From positions 8,115-72,114 of the forward strand of contig CAZFQS010000004.1 of the NCBI GenBank assembly GCA_964521285.1: a stretch of DNA of 64,000 nt, written 5' to 3'. Below, piece after piece: positions 25,461 through 35,870 of the stretch. This DNA comes from an uncultured Bacteroidales bacterium (GTDB lineage: Bacteria > Bacteroidota > Bacteroidia > Bacteroidales > UBA10428). The notes under the pieces were generated by a model. The model searched no databases and was not told the origin of the DNA. It saw only the letters and a list, made by a program, of their open reading frames with translations. The translations under genes were made by a program, and so were the position numbers. Position 1 is the stretch's first letter. The number at the start of each line of letters is the position of its first letter.

Positions 25461-25650
25461 CTTAGTATCTTTAACAATTAATTAATATTGGGAAGGAAGT
25501 ATTATATTGTTAAACAAAATTACTAAAATTGGACTACAAATAACAGGCCAAAAATTTATTACATTTTTATATTTACACCTGAATTTGGAGAAACATTATT
25601 TTGTCAACAACTAACTATTTTATAAATCGCAATTAAACTGAAACGCTTAT

Positions 25651-28017
25651 ATGGTTCCATTTTATAAAAAAACATTTTTTTATTTTTTGATAACATTAAT
25701 TCTGTTTCCTGTAGCAGCACAAAGACAAACAATCAGTGGTTATGTGAGAGATAAGAGTAACGGGGAAATGCTCATAGGTGCAAATGTATTTATTAAAGAC
25801 TCATATACAGGAACTGTCACAAACTCTTACGGATTTTATTCATTAAGTCTTAAACCCGGAAATTATTTAATTGTATACCAATACCTTGGATACAACACCA
25901 ATGAAATACCTGTTGAACTGGATAAGGATATTTCTGTTAATATTGAGTTAGAGACAACAACCGATAGCATTGATGCAGTAATTGTTACTGCTGAAAGAGG
26001 GGACGAGAATATTGTATCAACACAAATGAGTTCAATAAAAATAACCAGCAAGGTGATAAGCCAAATTCCTGTTATTTTGGGGGAAACTGATGTAATTAAG
26101 ACACTTAGTTTATTACCTGGTGTTAAAACTACTGGGGAGGTGAGTTCAAGTCTTAGCATAAGGGGCGGCGCCAGAGATCAGAATATGTTAATACTGGATG
26201 AAGCAACTGTTTATAATGCATCTCATCTGGGAGGATTCTTTTCAGTTTTTAACAATGATGCTATCAAGAACGTTGAATTATTTAAGGGAAATATACCTTC
26301 CCGGTACGGAGGGCGGTTATCTGCATTAATTGACGTCAGGATGAAAGACGGTAATAATAAAAGGTTTTCTGCTAACGGAGGTATTGGCCTATTATCAAGC
26401 CGGCTGACAATTGAGTCACCTATAGTAAAAAATAAAGGATCATTAATAATATCCGGAAGAAGAACCTATTATGATGTATTAATGAAAGTGCTTCACAGCA
26501 TTGCTGATACCATCCCGGAGCTGCCTGTCCATTTTTATGATCTTAACATGAAAGCAAATTATACTCTTAATGAAAAACACAGGTTGTTTATGTCAGGTTA
26601 TCTGGGCCGTGATGCAGCGGATTTAAGTATAGGTGAAGATGTCAGCAGTGAGTTTAACTGGGGCAATTATACCGCTACATTACGATGGAACTATATAATT
26701 AATAAAAGACTGTTTTCAAACTTAACATTGCTGGCCAGTAATTATGACTATGAAATTGAAAATATGTTAAGACTGGGAAGAGGAGATGAGGAATATATGT
26801 TCAGATGGAAGGCTTACTTAAAAGATTACTCTGCCAAACTTGATTTGGGTTTTTATTTGAATCCTGATAATACCTTAAGGTTTGGAATTCTTTCTACTTA
26901 TCATGACTTCAATGTAGGAAAAATTAATGGAAGAAGTGATACACTAACATGGGATTACAAGATTCCAAAAATATATTGTATTGAAAATGCTTTTTACCTG
27001 AGTAACGAACAAAGAATAACCGAAAAAATCAATATCAGCTACGGATTAAGATTTTCCACTCTTCACAATATAGGAAAAGCTACAATCTTTGTCTATGAAA
27101 ATTATAATGTTGTGGATACAAATTTATATGGGTGGGGCGAGATCTATAATACATATAGCGGACTTGAACCACGGCTGGGATTCACTTTTGTTCTTTCAGA
27201 GAAGAATTCAATAAAATGGGGCTATACAAGGACAAGGCAGTATCTGCAGATTGCTTCCAACTCAACATCGGGAACACCCATAGATATATGGATTCCGTCA
27301 AGTCCCAACGTTAAACCGCAGATTGCTGATCAATACAGCATAGGTTATTTCAGAAACTTTAAAAACAATATTATAAAAACATCAATAGAGCTTTATTATA
27401 AGAATATGCAAAACCAGGTAGACTTTAAAGAATTTGCCCAGCCACACTTAAATCCTGAAATTGAAGGAGAGCTTAGATTTGGTAAAGGAAGGGCTTATGG
27501 ACTGGAGCTTATGATAGAAAAGTCTGAAGGAAAATTAACAGGATGGGTAAGCTATACATTATCCAAATCAGAAAGGAACACGAGGGATATACAGGAAAAA
27601 GGATGGTACACTTCACCTTATGATATTCCTCATGATATTTCTGTTGTAGCGGCATATAAATTAACTAACAGAATTTTACTGTCAGCAAACTGGGTTTACC
27701 AGAGCGGGAGACCAATAAATGCTCCTGTAGCCAGATGGGAATACGGGGACCTTATTCTCCCCTACTTTCCGGGCAGAAACAATGACAGGATGCCTGACTA
27801 TCACAGACTGGATCTGGGACTCGAATTAAAGGGGAAACTAAAATCTGCTAAAAGATTTGAAAGCAGTCTTGTTTTTTCAATTTACAACGTTTATAACAGG
27901 AAGAATGCTAATACTGTATATTTTGTCCAGGATTATGAAACACAAACTGTTACCAAAGCTATGAAAGTATCTTTATTCAGAATAATGCCTTCTATTACTT
28001 ATAACTTTAAGTTCTGA
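25651..28017 (+). CDS. TonB-dependent receptor with an N-terminal carboxypeptidase-regulatory-like domain
   Basis: Signal peptide present. CarboxypepD_reg pattern: 'ISGYVRDKSNGEMLIGANVFIKDSYTGTVTNSYGFYSL'. Plug pattern: 'LPGV...SLSIRGG..DQN..LLDEA.VYN'. The C-terminal beta-barrel ends in 'YNFKF'. Confidence 0.85.
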   Translation: MVPFYKKTFFYFLITLILFPVAAQRQTISGYVRDKSNGEMLIGANVFIKDSYTGTVTNSYGFYSLSLKPGNYLIVYQYLGYNTNEIPVELDKDISVNIELETTTDSIDAVIVTAERGDENIVSTQMSSIKITSKVISQIPVILGETDVIKTLSLLPGVKTTGEVSSSLSIRGGARDQNMLILDEATVYNASHLGGFFSVFNNDAIKNVELFKGNIPSRYGGRLSALIDVRMKDGNNKRFSANGGIGLLSSRLTIESPIVKNKGSLIISGRRTYYDVLMKVLHSIADTIPELPVHFYDLNMKANYTLNEKHRLFMSGYLGRDAADLSIGEDVSSEFNWGNYTATLRWNYIINKRLFSNLTLLASNYDYEIENMLRLGRGDEEYMFRWKAYLKDYSAKLDLGFYLNPDNTLRFGILSTYHDFNVGKINGRSDTLTWDYKIPKIYCIENAFYLSNEQRITEKINISYGLRFSTLHNIGKATIFVYENYNVVDTNLYGWGEIYNTYSGLEPRLGFTFVLSEKNSIKWGYTRTRQYLQIASNSTSGTPIDIWIPSSPNVKPQIADQYSIGYFRNFKNNIIKTSIELYYKNMQNQVDFKEFAQPHLNPEIEGELRFGKGRAYGLELMIEKSEGKLTGWVSYTLSKSERNTRDIQEKGWYTSPYDIPHDISVVAAYKLTNRILLSANWVYQSGRPINAPVARWEYGDLILPYFPGRNNDRMPDYHRLDLGLELKGKLKSAKRFESSLVFSIYNVYNRKNANTVYFVQDYETQTVTKAMKVSLFRIMPSITYNFKF

Positions 28018-28039
28018 CTAATAAAAAAAATGATTCACT

Positions 28040-28903
28040 ATGAAGTTATATAGCTTATTAGTATCGATATTAATAACTCTGGTTTGTTGCGAGCCTCAAG
28101 AAGAAATCAGCTGGAAGGTTGATGAAATTCCCGATCGTCTGGTCGTTGAAGGATCAATTACAAATGAACTTAAATTACATACAGTAACATTAAAAAAGTC
28201 AGGTAATTACTTTTCCAATACTGCAGCAGAAGTTGTATCAAATGCTGTTGTCACCATCACTGATGGAAGTAATATTTTTTATTTTGAAGAAAATCCTGCA
28301 GGCTCCGGTATATATAAAACTACAGAAGAAGTTAAAGGTGATACAGGCAGGCTTTATACACTAAATATCAATATTGATGAGCCTTTGAATAATGAGACAC
28401 ACTTTTCAGCCAGGTCTTTCTTAAACAGTAATATAAGAGCAGACTCAATGATAAGTATAATATATGAGAGCCCGTTTATATTTAACAATGCTGACACCGT
28501 AATACTTGTAAATAATATATTTGGCTACGAACCTGAACCTGCAGGGGACTATTATACTGTAAGTTTATATAGAAACGGTACATTACTTAATGATACTATA
28601 GATGAGTATATTACAATCTATGACAGAAATAGCGGGATAAACGGAGCTGATTTTTTCCCATTTGCTTTTCTTGAGAATTTTGCTATTGGTGATACTGTAG
28701 AAATGGAGTTCCGGTCAATAAGCAAGGCATATTATGATTTTATTGACGGAGTAAAAAGGATATCCAGCGGCACTGATCCTTTTGGATTTACCGGTCCTCC
28801 TGCAAACCCTGTTGGTAATATTGAAGGAGGGAACGCCCTGGGCTTTTTTAACGCTTCGGCTGTGACAAGAGTGAGAGCGCAAACAAGGGCGCTGTTACCC
28901 TAA
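28040..28903 (+). CDS. DUF4249-family lipoprotein (usual partner of this receptor class)
   Basis: Lipobox 'LVCC'. Size and position directly after a CarboxypepD_reg TonB receptor fit the family. A typical 'VVEG.ITN....H.V.L..S' N-terminal segment is present. Confidence 0.6.
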   Translation: MKLYSLLVSILITLVCCEPQEEISWKVDEIPDRLVVEGSITNELKLHTVTLKKSGNYFSNTAAEVVSNAVVTITDGSNIFYFEENPAGSGIYKTTEEVKGDTGRLYTLNINIDEPLNNETHFSARSFLNSNIRADSMISIIYESPFIFNNADTVILVNNIFGYEPEPAGDYYTVSLYRNGTLLNDTIDEYITIYDRNSGINGADFFPFAFLENFAIGDTVEMEFRSISKAYYDFIDGVKRISSGTDPFGFTGPPANPVGNIEGGNALGFFNASAVTRVRAQTRALLP

Positions 28904-29859
28904 GCCATCGGATAACTAAACAGTGGTTTTTCTACCTGCCCTTTTTCCTTCATTTCAATAACTTCTTCAGGTGCAAGTGGCGTGAACCTTTTAATCAGGT
29001 TAAGTGCCATCTTAAAAAGATCCTCGTTTCCCGGAGGTATGGCCGCTGTTACAGGATGGGAAAGTGTAAACCGTAAACCCATAAGTGCTTCTTCAGGATC
29101 TGTGAGGGGTTCATACCAGCACTTGGGAATTTTGTTTTCTGTATCTTCAGGATACGGGCGCCTTGCCATAGCTTTGATAGCCAGTATTCCCATTCCCTTA
29201 TCCTTTGCCCTTTCAAGAACCTGTGGGCCAAAGTTACCTGCATGCCATGTTGCAAAGTTTATCGGAAAAAGTATAGTATCGAAATCAAACCTGTCCATAA
29301 GAGCCATGGCCGCTTCTACCGAGTGGGCAGAGAAACCGATATAGCGGATTTTCCCTTCTTCCCTGGCTTTTACAAATGCCTTGATGGCGCCATCAGAACC
29401 AAATATTGTATCAACATCCTCAAGCTTTCGTACAGCATGTAACTGGTACAAATCGAAATGCTCGGTTCTCAGGTTTTTAAGAGACTTATCTAATTCTTTT
29501 ATTGCACCGTCATATTTTCGCTCCTGTGTTTTGCAGGCAAGGAATACATCAGACCTGTATGGCTCAAGGGCCGGGCCTAGTTTAACTTCAGCATCACCAT
29601 AGGTAGGTGCCACGTCAAAATAGTTAATGCCATGATCAATAGCTAAACTTACATATTCAGATGCCTGCTCAGGTGTCGTATCCATTATTACAACTCCGCC
29701 GAGACCAAGGATCGACAATTTTTCTCCTGTACTGCCTAATGTACGTTTCTCAATCATGCCGGCTGCCTTTGTACGATAAATAGACGACAGGTCTGCCGGA
29801 AAAAAGCTGACCAGTGGTGCAGCTGCAGCTGTTATTTTTATAAATTTTCGTCTTTTCAT
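28900..29859 (-). CDS. Aldo/keto reductase with a twin-arginine signal peptide
   Basis: The N-terminus 'MKRRKFIKITAAAAPL' is a Tat motif. AKR motifs are present: 'LGLGG', 'GINYFDVAPTYGDAE', 'DLYQLH', 'IRYIGFS'. Confidence 0.85.
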   Translation of the reverse strand: MKRRKFIKITAAAAPLVSFFPADLSSIYRTKAAGMIEKRTLGSTGEKLSILGLGGVVIMDTTPEQASEYVSLAIDHGINYFDVAPTYGDAEVKLGPALEPYRSDVFLACKTQERKYDGAIKELDKSLKNLRTEHFDLYQLHAVRKLEDVDTIFGSDGAIKAFVKAREEGKIRYIGFSAHSVEAAMALMDRFDFDTILFPINFATWHAGNFGPQVLERAKDKGMGILAIKAMARRPYPEDTENKIPKCWYEPLTDPEEALMGLRFTLSHPVTAAIPPGNEDLFKMALNLIKRFTPLAPEEVIEMKEKGQVEKPLFSYPMA

Positions 29860-30100
29860 GGGTATTTATCTTTTTTATTATTAACTGAAAAATTAACGAA
29901 TATTTTTGAAAAAATAAAGGGACAGCGCCCTAAAAGATTTAGGATTTATGAATTGCTTGCTTGTAGGTGGTCTATTTACCACAAATCCTATTTATTTAGT
30001 TTCAGGAAGGATAAATTAAAATACAAATGATTATATCTTTCTATTATTTGCAATCCGAATTTTAGCAGATCATATAAGTAATAACTATTATATGAAGGTA

Positions 30101-31132
30101 TTAACTTATCTGTTCTATAGTCTCTATAAATGCCTGTATATTCGATGTTGGAACTGCCGGAGGCATCCCTCCACCACAGGAAAATATTATTTTTGTTTTA
30201 TCCTGAAGACTGTCGGCAAGCTCCTGTACAGCTTTTCTGGTATCTTCAGCACTACCATTTGCCAGCACATCTCTTGGAGGTATATTGCCGAGCAAAACTA
30301 TTTTGTCCTTTGTCACACTTTTTAAATCATTCAATGAAACCTCAAAACCCATATTAAATAAATTAATACCCATTTCAGGTAAATAAGGAGCAGAAACTTC
30401 GCACGGAGCATCATTATGCAAAAATTTCACAGAAACATCTACATTAAATAAATCTTTGAAATAAGGCAGTCCGAATGATACAAATTCCTGTTCTCCCATA
30501 AAGCCAATAATATCATCCAGCATAAGTATGCCGTCAATAGTAGGAAATGTTTCCATTTGCAGTTGCAACCAGTCTTTCAGGAAGGCTGCAATCTTTTGAA
30601 TCAGCAGGTGGGCCTTCTCAGGTTCCATCATCATCGTTGTAAGAAATTCAGTTGACCCCATTAAATAGCTTGCAATATTAAGTGGACCGCGGGCTACGGC
30701 AAACCTTATTCTGTGACCTGCTCCCTCAATTTCAGGTTTTGCAATCTTTAATCTGTTCAGCATAAAAGGAAGCAACCCGTCAGTCCCGGGATTTGGTATC
30801 TTAAGATCATCTATATCTGAAGACGAACGGATGATAGAATGAGCATGTGGAAATTCATTCGGAGGGAATGTACACCTTGCACCAAATGCTGATGGTTCGG
30901 TACACATGCCGTATTCAGACCAGAATCCGGGCAGAAACATCACCCCGGGAAAATCATTCAGCGCTTTAAGATTTGCCTCAAGCCATAATTTATCATTGGT
31001 AAAGTAATCCAGAATAGAAATTCCGTACCAGTTGGGTAACCAGGGACAGTCAATAATAAATCCTACGGGTAACGGATTTAGTATTTCTCCCTTAATAATT
31101 TGCTTCAGGTTGTTCCATTGATTATCAGTCAT
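30101..31132 (-). CDS. Uroporphyrinogen-decarboxylase (URO-D) family protein, MtaA/CmuA-like
   Basis: A 343-aa product with a URO-D-fold pattern ('PVGFIIDCPW', 'DDIIGFMG', 'FLHNDAP', 'IFSCGGGMPP'). It starts 5 nt after the GH115 stop on the same strand. Confidence 0.65.
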   Translation of the reverse strand: MTDNQWNNLKQIIKGEILNPLPVGFIIDCPWLPNWYGISILDYFTNDKLWLEANLKALNDFPGVMFLPGFWSEYGMCTEPSAFGARCTFPPNEFPHAHSIIRSSSDIDDLKIPNPGTDGLLPFMLNRLKIAKPEIEGAGHRIRFAVARGPLNIASYLMGSTEFLTTMMMEPEKAHLLIQKIAAFLKDWLQLQMETFPTIDGILMLDDIIGFMGEQEFVSFGLPYFKDLFNVDVSVKFLHNDAPCEVSAPYLPEMGINLFNMGFEVSLNDLKSVTKDKIVLLGNIPPRDVLANGSAEDTRKAVQELADSLQDKTKIIFSCGGGMPPAVPTSNIQAFIETIEQIS

Positions 31133-31137
31133 GTTTA

Positions 31138-34050
31138 TTATTTTAATGTTTCATCAGGTCCTATATATGATGTTTTCAGTCCACCCAAATTTATAATGAT
31201 TTTATCATATGCCATACCTGTATCCACCATCCATAGTTTTAAAGTATGTTTACCGGGTGTGTCTATATAATGTCGTGTAATGTTCAGGGAGGCATTCCTT
31301 CTCACATTCGATTTCCATTGCGTACTATACTCAGGGGCACTTACATCAACCATCTGGGGTGGTTCATCATTTATGGAAATCCCATATTGAGCACCCCTGA
31401 AACTGTTAATAGCAAAAACAGGAAGGACAAACGAATGTATTTCTACGACACCTGAATTGAAAGTATGGATATCATATTCAAGATGTGGTGAATCCTCATA
31501 ACCGGGTCTTCGTGAGGGCGCCGTAAAAGGAAACATTGACACTGATTTTCCTGTTAATCCGAGATCATTAATAACATCCCAGTTTATATCCTGCGATTGA
31601 ATTTTCCGGTGATAGTTTTCAGCAGAAATTGAAATAACACCGTTGTCTTCAACAAACATTCCCTTTATTTCATCTTTTTTAAGCGATGCAGGATTAAAAC
31701 CCTGCACAAAGATTATGTCTTTTCTCCCTGCGCCAGTTATATTTATTTTACCTTTTATTACTTCCTGCTCAGGGACCTTATCCCAGTCTATGCTAACCCA
31801 CACCCGTTCTTCTGTAGTAACCTCTCCTCCTGATGTGCTTAGTTTTATCCATATTTTGTCCGCAGATGCTTCCCAATTAAAAGGGGTTTTACCCTTATTA
31901 AAAATTTCAAAATAATATTTATGATCATAAAATGGATTAAAACAGGGCAGTGTATTATAATAATTAACACCATAAACATCGCTGTTACCTTCAACAAAAA
32001 GTCCCATTTCAGCATAATCCTGAACCTCTATAGAATCAAGAGGGGGCATTCGCCAATAGACAGATGATTCATGCTGCTTCCATGACATCATATATTTCCA
32101 TTTTCCATTAAGCAGTTCATTATACTGGTCTGTTACAAGCTGAATACTATCATAATAACTTCGTACATCTCTGGCTAACTGATTAGTTGCAGCTCTTCCC
32201 TGCTGTGCATACCATCTGTTTTTCTGTGCCAACAGTATTTTACGATTCATATAATTGCCGGCTGCAACAGGATAATAAATCAGCTGGAAAAAGGCAGGTT
32301 TTAAAGAATCCGGCATTATACGGTATGCTCTGGCAGTCTGGTCGCTGAGAGCCTGGAACTTCTCAAGCCGCCTCTCTGCTTCCCTGTAATTGACAAAGCT
32401 ATACTCAGTATCTTCCCACTGCTCATGAGGATCATGAAAGCTGAATTGTTCACCAGAACTCATATATTCAACTTTTCTCTCAAATGAGATTGCATAAAAC
32501 TTTTTCATAATATCTGCCAGTTCTTCAGCATACTGATTGCCAAAAACAGATGCCAGCCATGAAGATAGATGAGAAGTTATATTGGAATTGTCAACAATAT
32601 TTATATCCCAGGCCAGATCAAGAAAAAATGACATACCATACTCACATGGTTTTATATCTCCGACATTTGCAATCCACATTTCACGCGCGTTAAAACTATA
32701 TGCCTTTGTCATTTCTTCCCAGATAAGGGAAGGTGATGTTGATGACAGCCATAAATATTCGTGAGGTGGCCCCAGATAGGATAGATGGTAATAAACACCT
32801 GCTCCTCCTGACCTTTTTTGTTCGAGGGGATCACTAAGCCTCCGTATATATCCGTAATTATCATCCACCCACATCAGTGTAACATCATCAGGGACCTTTA
32901 AACCGTTATTATAGAGAGTAAGGACCTCTTTATAGGGAATGAATACCTGTGGTATCTCACTGATCTTCTTATTAATATGTGTTGTAAGGATTTGGCGCTG
33001 ATCGGCAAATACCTGCTCAAGCAATTCAATCTGCTCTTCAAGTTTCAGATTACCCCTCATCCCAGCATCATGCAATCCTCTCATACCTATAGTATAGATA
33101 TTTTCATATATACAGTTCTCTGAAACGCGTTTATCTAAAATCTTATATACCATTTTCTTATTTATATCATAACGCCAGTCACCCAGGGTTTTTACATCCC
33201 ATTCGCTGGCAGTATTAAAAAGTAAAGGTTCACAATGTGATGCTCCCATAACAATCGCATAATCGTCAGCCACCTTCTTATTTTCCTTGAAGTAATTGAA
33301 TGGCTTGGTACATTCATGCATGGCAGGCCAGCAATAATTTGCCTTAAGTCTTAGCAAAAGTTCAAAAATCTTCATATAGGTTTTAGGTCCAATGTCGCCC
33401 GTTTCAGGATCATATGTTTTTGTTGCCCACGGTTTTAAACCCCAGTCCTCGTCATTAATAAAAATACCCCTGTACTTTACAGAAGGAGGGCCCTCAGAAT
33501 ATATACCCTTACTTACAACGAGATTCTTTTTTTTATGAACAGGCACATCGGCCCACCAGTACCATGGAGAGACACCAATTTGTTTTGATAATTCATAAAC
33601 GCCGTAAGCAGTTCCTCTTCTGTCACTCCCTATGATAACCAGTGCAGAGGTAATACTTTTGTTGGGGTTATCAATAACCTGTAAGCTATATGTTTCCCAT
33701 TTACCGGTAATTCCGGATGTATCTATTTTCCCTTCCTTAATCAGTTTATTAATTAGCTCATTTTTGCCAATTGTACCTATAATTACAAAGTTATTTTTGA
33801 GTTTATCAATATCAGTGATAACATTCGGAGCAGTTCCTGTTACATTTTCAATATCTTTTACCAGATGATTTGCAGCAATTTCCACTACCTTATAATCATT
33901 CTCATCATAATAAATCTCTGCTGCGACACTGTTAAAAACAAGCTTAAAATCACCTTCATTATAGTCCTGTTTTATTATGTTCTTAATCTCAGCATTCAGG
34001 CTATAATTACAGATGATTAGAAACAGTAATATTTTTACGGATGTTTTCAT
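31138..34050 (-). CDS. GH115 family alpha-glucuronidase, secreted
   Basis: Signal peptide present. The hallmark GH115 block is 'GSDRRGTAYGVYELSKQIGVSPWYWWADVPV', followed by 'YRGIFINDEDWGL'. Length is 970 aa. Confidence 0.8.
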   Translation of the reverse strand: MKTSVKILLFLIICNYSLNAEIKNIIKQDYNEGDFKLVFNSVAAEIYYDENDYKVVEIAANHLVKDIENVTGTAPNVITDIDKLKNNFVIIGTIGKNELINKLIKEGKIDTSGITGKWETYSLQVIDNPNKSITSALVIIGSDRRGTAYGVYELSKQIGVSPWYWWADVPVHKKKNLVVSKGIYSEGPPSVKYRGIFINDEDWGLKPWATKTYDPETGDIGPKTYMKIFELLLRLKANYCWPAMHECTKPFNYFKENKKVADDYAIVMGASHCEPLLFNTASEWDVKTLGDWRYDINKKMVYKILDKRVSENCIYENIYTIGMRGLHDAGMRGNLKLEEQIELLEQVFADQRQILTTHINKKISEIPQVFIPYKEVLTLYNNGLKVPDDVTLMWVDDNYGYIRRLSDPLEQKRSGGAGVYYHLSYLGPPHEYLWLSSTSPSLIWEEMTKAYSFNAREMWIANVGDIKPCEYGMSFFLDLAWDINIVDNSNITSHLSSWLASVFGNQYAEELADIMKKFYAISFERKVEYMSSGEQFSFHDPHEQWEDTEYSFVNYREAERRLEKFQALSDQTARAYRIMPDSLKPAFFQLIYYPVAAGNYMNRKILLAQKNRWYAQQGRAATNQLARDVRSYYDSIQLVTDQYNELLNGKWKYMMSWKQHESSVYWRMPPLDSIEVQDYAEMGLFVEGNSDVYGVNYYNTLPCFNPFYDHKYYFEIFNKGKTPFNWEASADKIWIKLSTSGGEVTTEERVWVSIDWDKVPEQEVIKGKINITGAGRKDIIFVQGFNPASLKKDEIKGMFVEDNGVISISAENYHRKIQSQDINWDVINDLGLTGKSVSMFPFTAPSRRPGYEDSPHLEYDIHTFNSGVVEIHSFVLPVFAINSFRGAQYGISINDEPPQMVDVSAPEYSTQWKSNVRRNASLNITRHYIDTPGKHTLKLWMVDTGMAYDKIIINLGGLKTSYIGPDETLK

Positions 34051-34372
34051 TTTGCTATTTTTAATTTTTCCAGCTACATTTATTTTAAAATGGACATCGA
34101 TAGAGTCAAGACACTGAAATAGCTGATCAGGAAATAAAGATAATAAATCATTTCTTAAATAGGGGGACAGAGACCCTAATAAATATCGTATTGATGATAG
34201 GTCCGGCCTGCCGGCTGGCAGGGATTTAATATTTCAGGCGCTGTTCCAAACTTATGCTTTACAAACATAGGGGCTTTTTCGCTGTCCCCTTTTTTAATGA
34301 TTGATTTGTTTTATATGAGAAAAATTACTATTTATGTCATCCTGTTTTGTGATGTAATTAATACGTTAAATC

Positions 34373-35854
34373 ATGGTTAAAAAATCGATGAAACTTTCCT
34401 TTGGTGAAAAATTGGGATATGGTTGCGGAGATTTTGGATCCGTTTTATTCTGGCAGACCATAATGATACATCTGCTATTCTTTTACACAGATGTATTCGG
34501 ACTTGAAGCAAAAGTCGCCGGAATTATGTTTTTCGTATCAAGAGTTCTTGACGCTATTTTTGATGTTGTAATCGGGATGACAGCGGACCGTACCAAAAGC
34601 CGGTGGGGAAAATTCCGGCCATATATTTTATTTGGCGCTATTCCATTGTGTGTTGCAGCGATTTTTGCCTTTACAACACCAGGTTTTGGAGAAGTTGGTA
34701 AAATTGTATATGCTTATGTTACCTTCATTCTTTTTATGTTTCTGTATTCAACAGTCAATATTCCATATACATCTTTACTCGGTGTAATTAGTGGAGATCC
34801 TCATGAAAGAACAAAAGCTGCATCTTTTAAGTTTGTAGGTGCATACCTTGCCGGTATTATTGTTTCTGCTACAGCACTTCCATTTGCAGGAAAGTTTGGT
34901 CATGGAACTCCGGCAAAGGGCTGGCAGACAACTATGTTAATTTATGCAATTGCAGCCTTCGTTTTCTTCATGATAACTTTCCTGGCAACGAGAGAACGTA
35001 TTCAACCTATCGCTAAAGAAAGAACTAATGTTAAAAAGGATCTAAAAGATATATCACAAAACATACCCTGGATCATGTTATTTACAGTAACAATTCTTTT
35101 TATCCTTTTCGTATGTATCCGTCTGAGTGTGACCAACCACTATTTTAAATATTATGTTGATGAACAGGTAGTCCCATGGCTTTCACACACATTTAATGCA
35201 GTAAATAAAAATATCTTAAATCCTGTCTTCAGAATTATAGGCAGACCTGAAAATGTTTTATTAGCTGACAGTCATAAATTCGGGTTTGAAGTACTGGCCT
35301 CTATTTTTCACACAATTGGTCAGGCCCTTTCTTTAATTGGAGTGATTTTAGTTCCATATTTTGCAAAACTGGTTGGACGGAAAAAAGCATTGGTCATACT
35401 ATTTATTCTGGCAATGTTATTTACCGGGGCATTTATGTTTTTTAAACCTGAAAACCTTATACTGATTTATGTATTTCAAGCATTCGGCTCAATAACAGGC
35501 GGCCCTGTTTCACCCTTATTATGGGTTATGTATGCAGATACTGCGGACTATTCCGAATGGAAAACCGGCAGAAGAGCTACAGGTCTTGTATTCTCAGCTT
35601 CCATAATGTCAAATAAACTTGGCTGGGCTTTTGGCAGTATGATAGCCGCATTTATTCTTGCAATGACCGGATTTGTTTCAGATATATTACAACCTGAATA
35701 TGTTAAAAATGGTTTGAAGGCTATGATGAGTATAATACCTGTTGCAGCGGGAATAATTGCTTTAGTCATTATTGCTTTCTTCTATAACCTGGATGAATCC
35801 ACAATGACAAAAATTAAGACTGACCTGGAAGAAAAACGGGGAGAGGAAAACTAA
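34373..35854 (+). CDS. Glycoside-pentoside-hexuronide (GPH):cation symporter
   Basis: Twelve-TM profile. GPH signature: 'KLGYGCGDFG', 'DAIFDVVIGMTADRTKSRWGKFRPYILFGAIP'. Confidence 0.8.
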   Translation: MVKKSMKLSFGEKLGYGCGDFGSVLFWQTIMIHLLFFYTDVFGLEAKVAGIMFFVSRVLDAIFDVVIGMTADRTKSRWGKFRPYILFGAIPLCVAAIFAFTTPGFGEVGKIVYAYVTFILFMFLYSTVNIPYTSLLGVISGDPHERTKAASFKFVGAYLAGIIVSATALPFAGKFGHGTPAKGWQTTMLIYAIAAFVFFMITFLATRERIQPIAKERTNVKKDLKDISQNIPWIMLFTVTILFILFVCIRLSVTNHYFKYYVDEQVVPWLSHTFNAVNKNILNPVFRIIGRPENVLLADSHKFGFEVLASIFHTIGQALSLIGVILVPYFAKLVGRKKALVILFILAMLFTGAFMFFKPENLILIYVFQAFGSITGGPVSPLLWVMYADTADYSEWKTGRRATGLVFSASIMSNKLGWAFGSMIAAFILAMTGFVSDILQPEYVKNGLKAMMSIIPVAAGIIALVIIAFFYNLDESTMTKIKTDLEEKRGEEN

Positions 35855-35870
35855 ATATAATTTTCTTGCC

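Noticed and set aside
25651-28903. The TonB-dependent receptor plus downstream lipoprotein as a SusC/SusD pair marking a PUL.
   Set aside because: The downstream protein is small (287 aa) and DUF4249-like, not a ~500-aa TPR-rich SusD. The receptor is the CarboxypepD_reg/DUF4249-partner class. No glycoside hydrolases are co-oriented with it.
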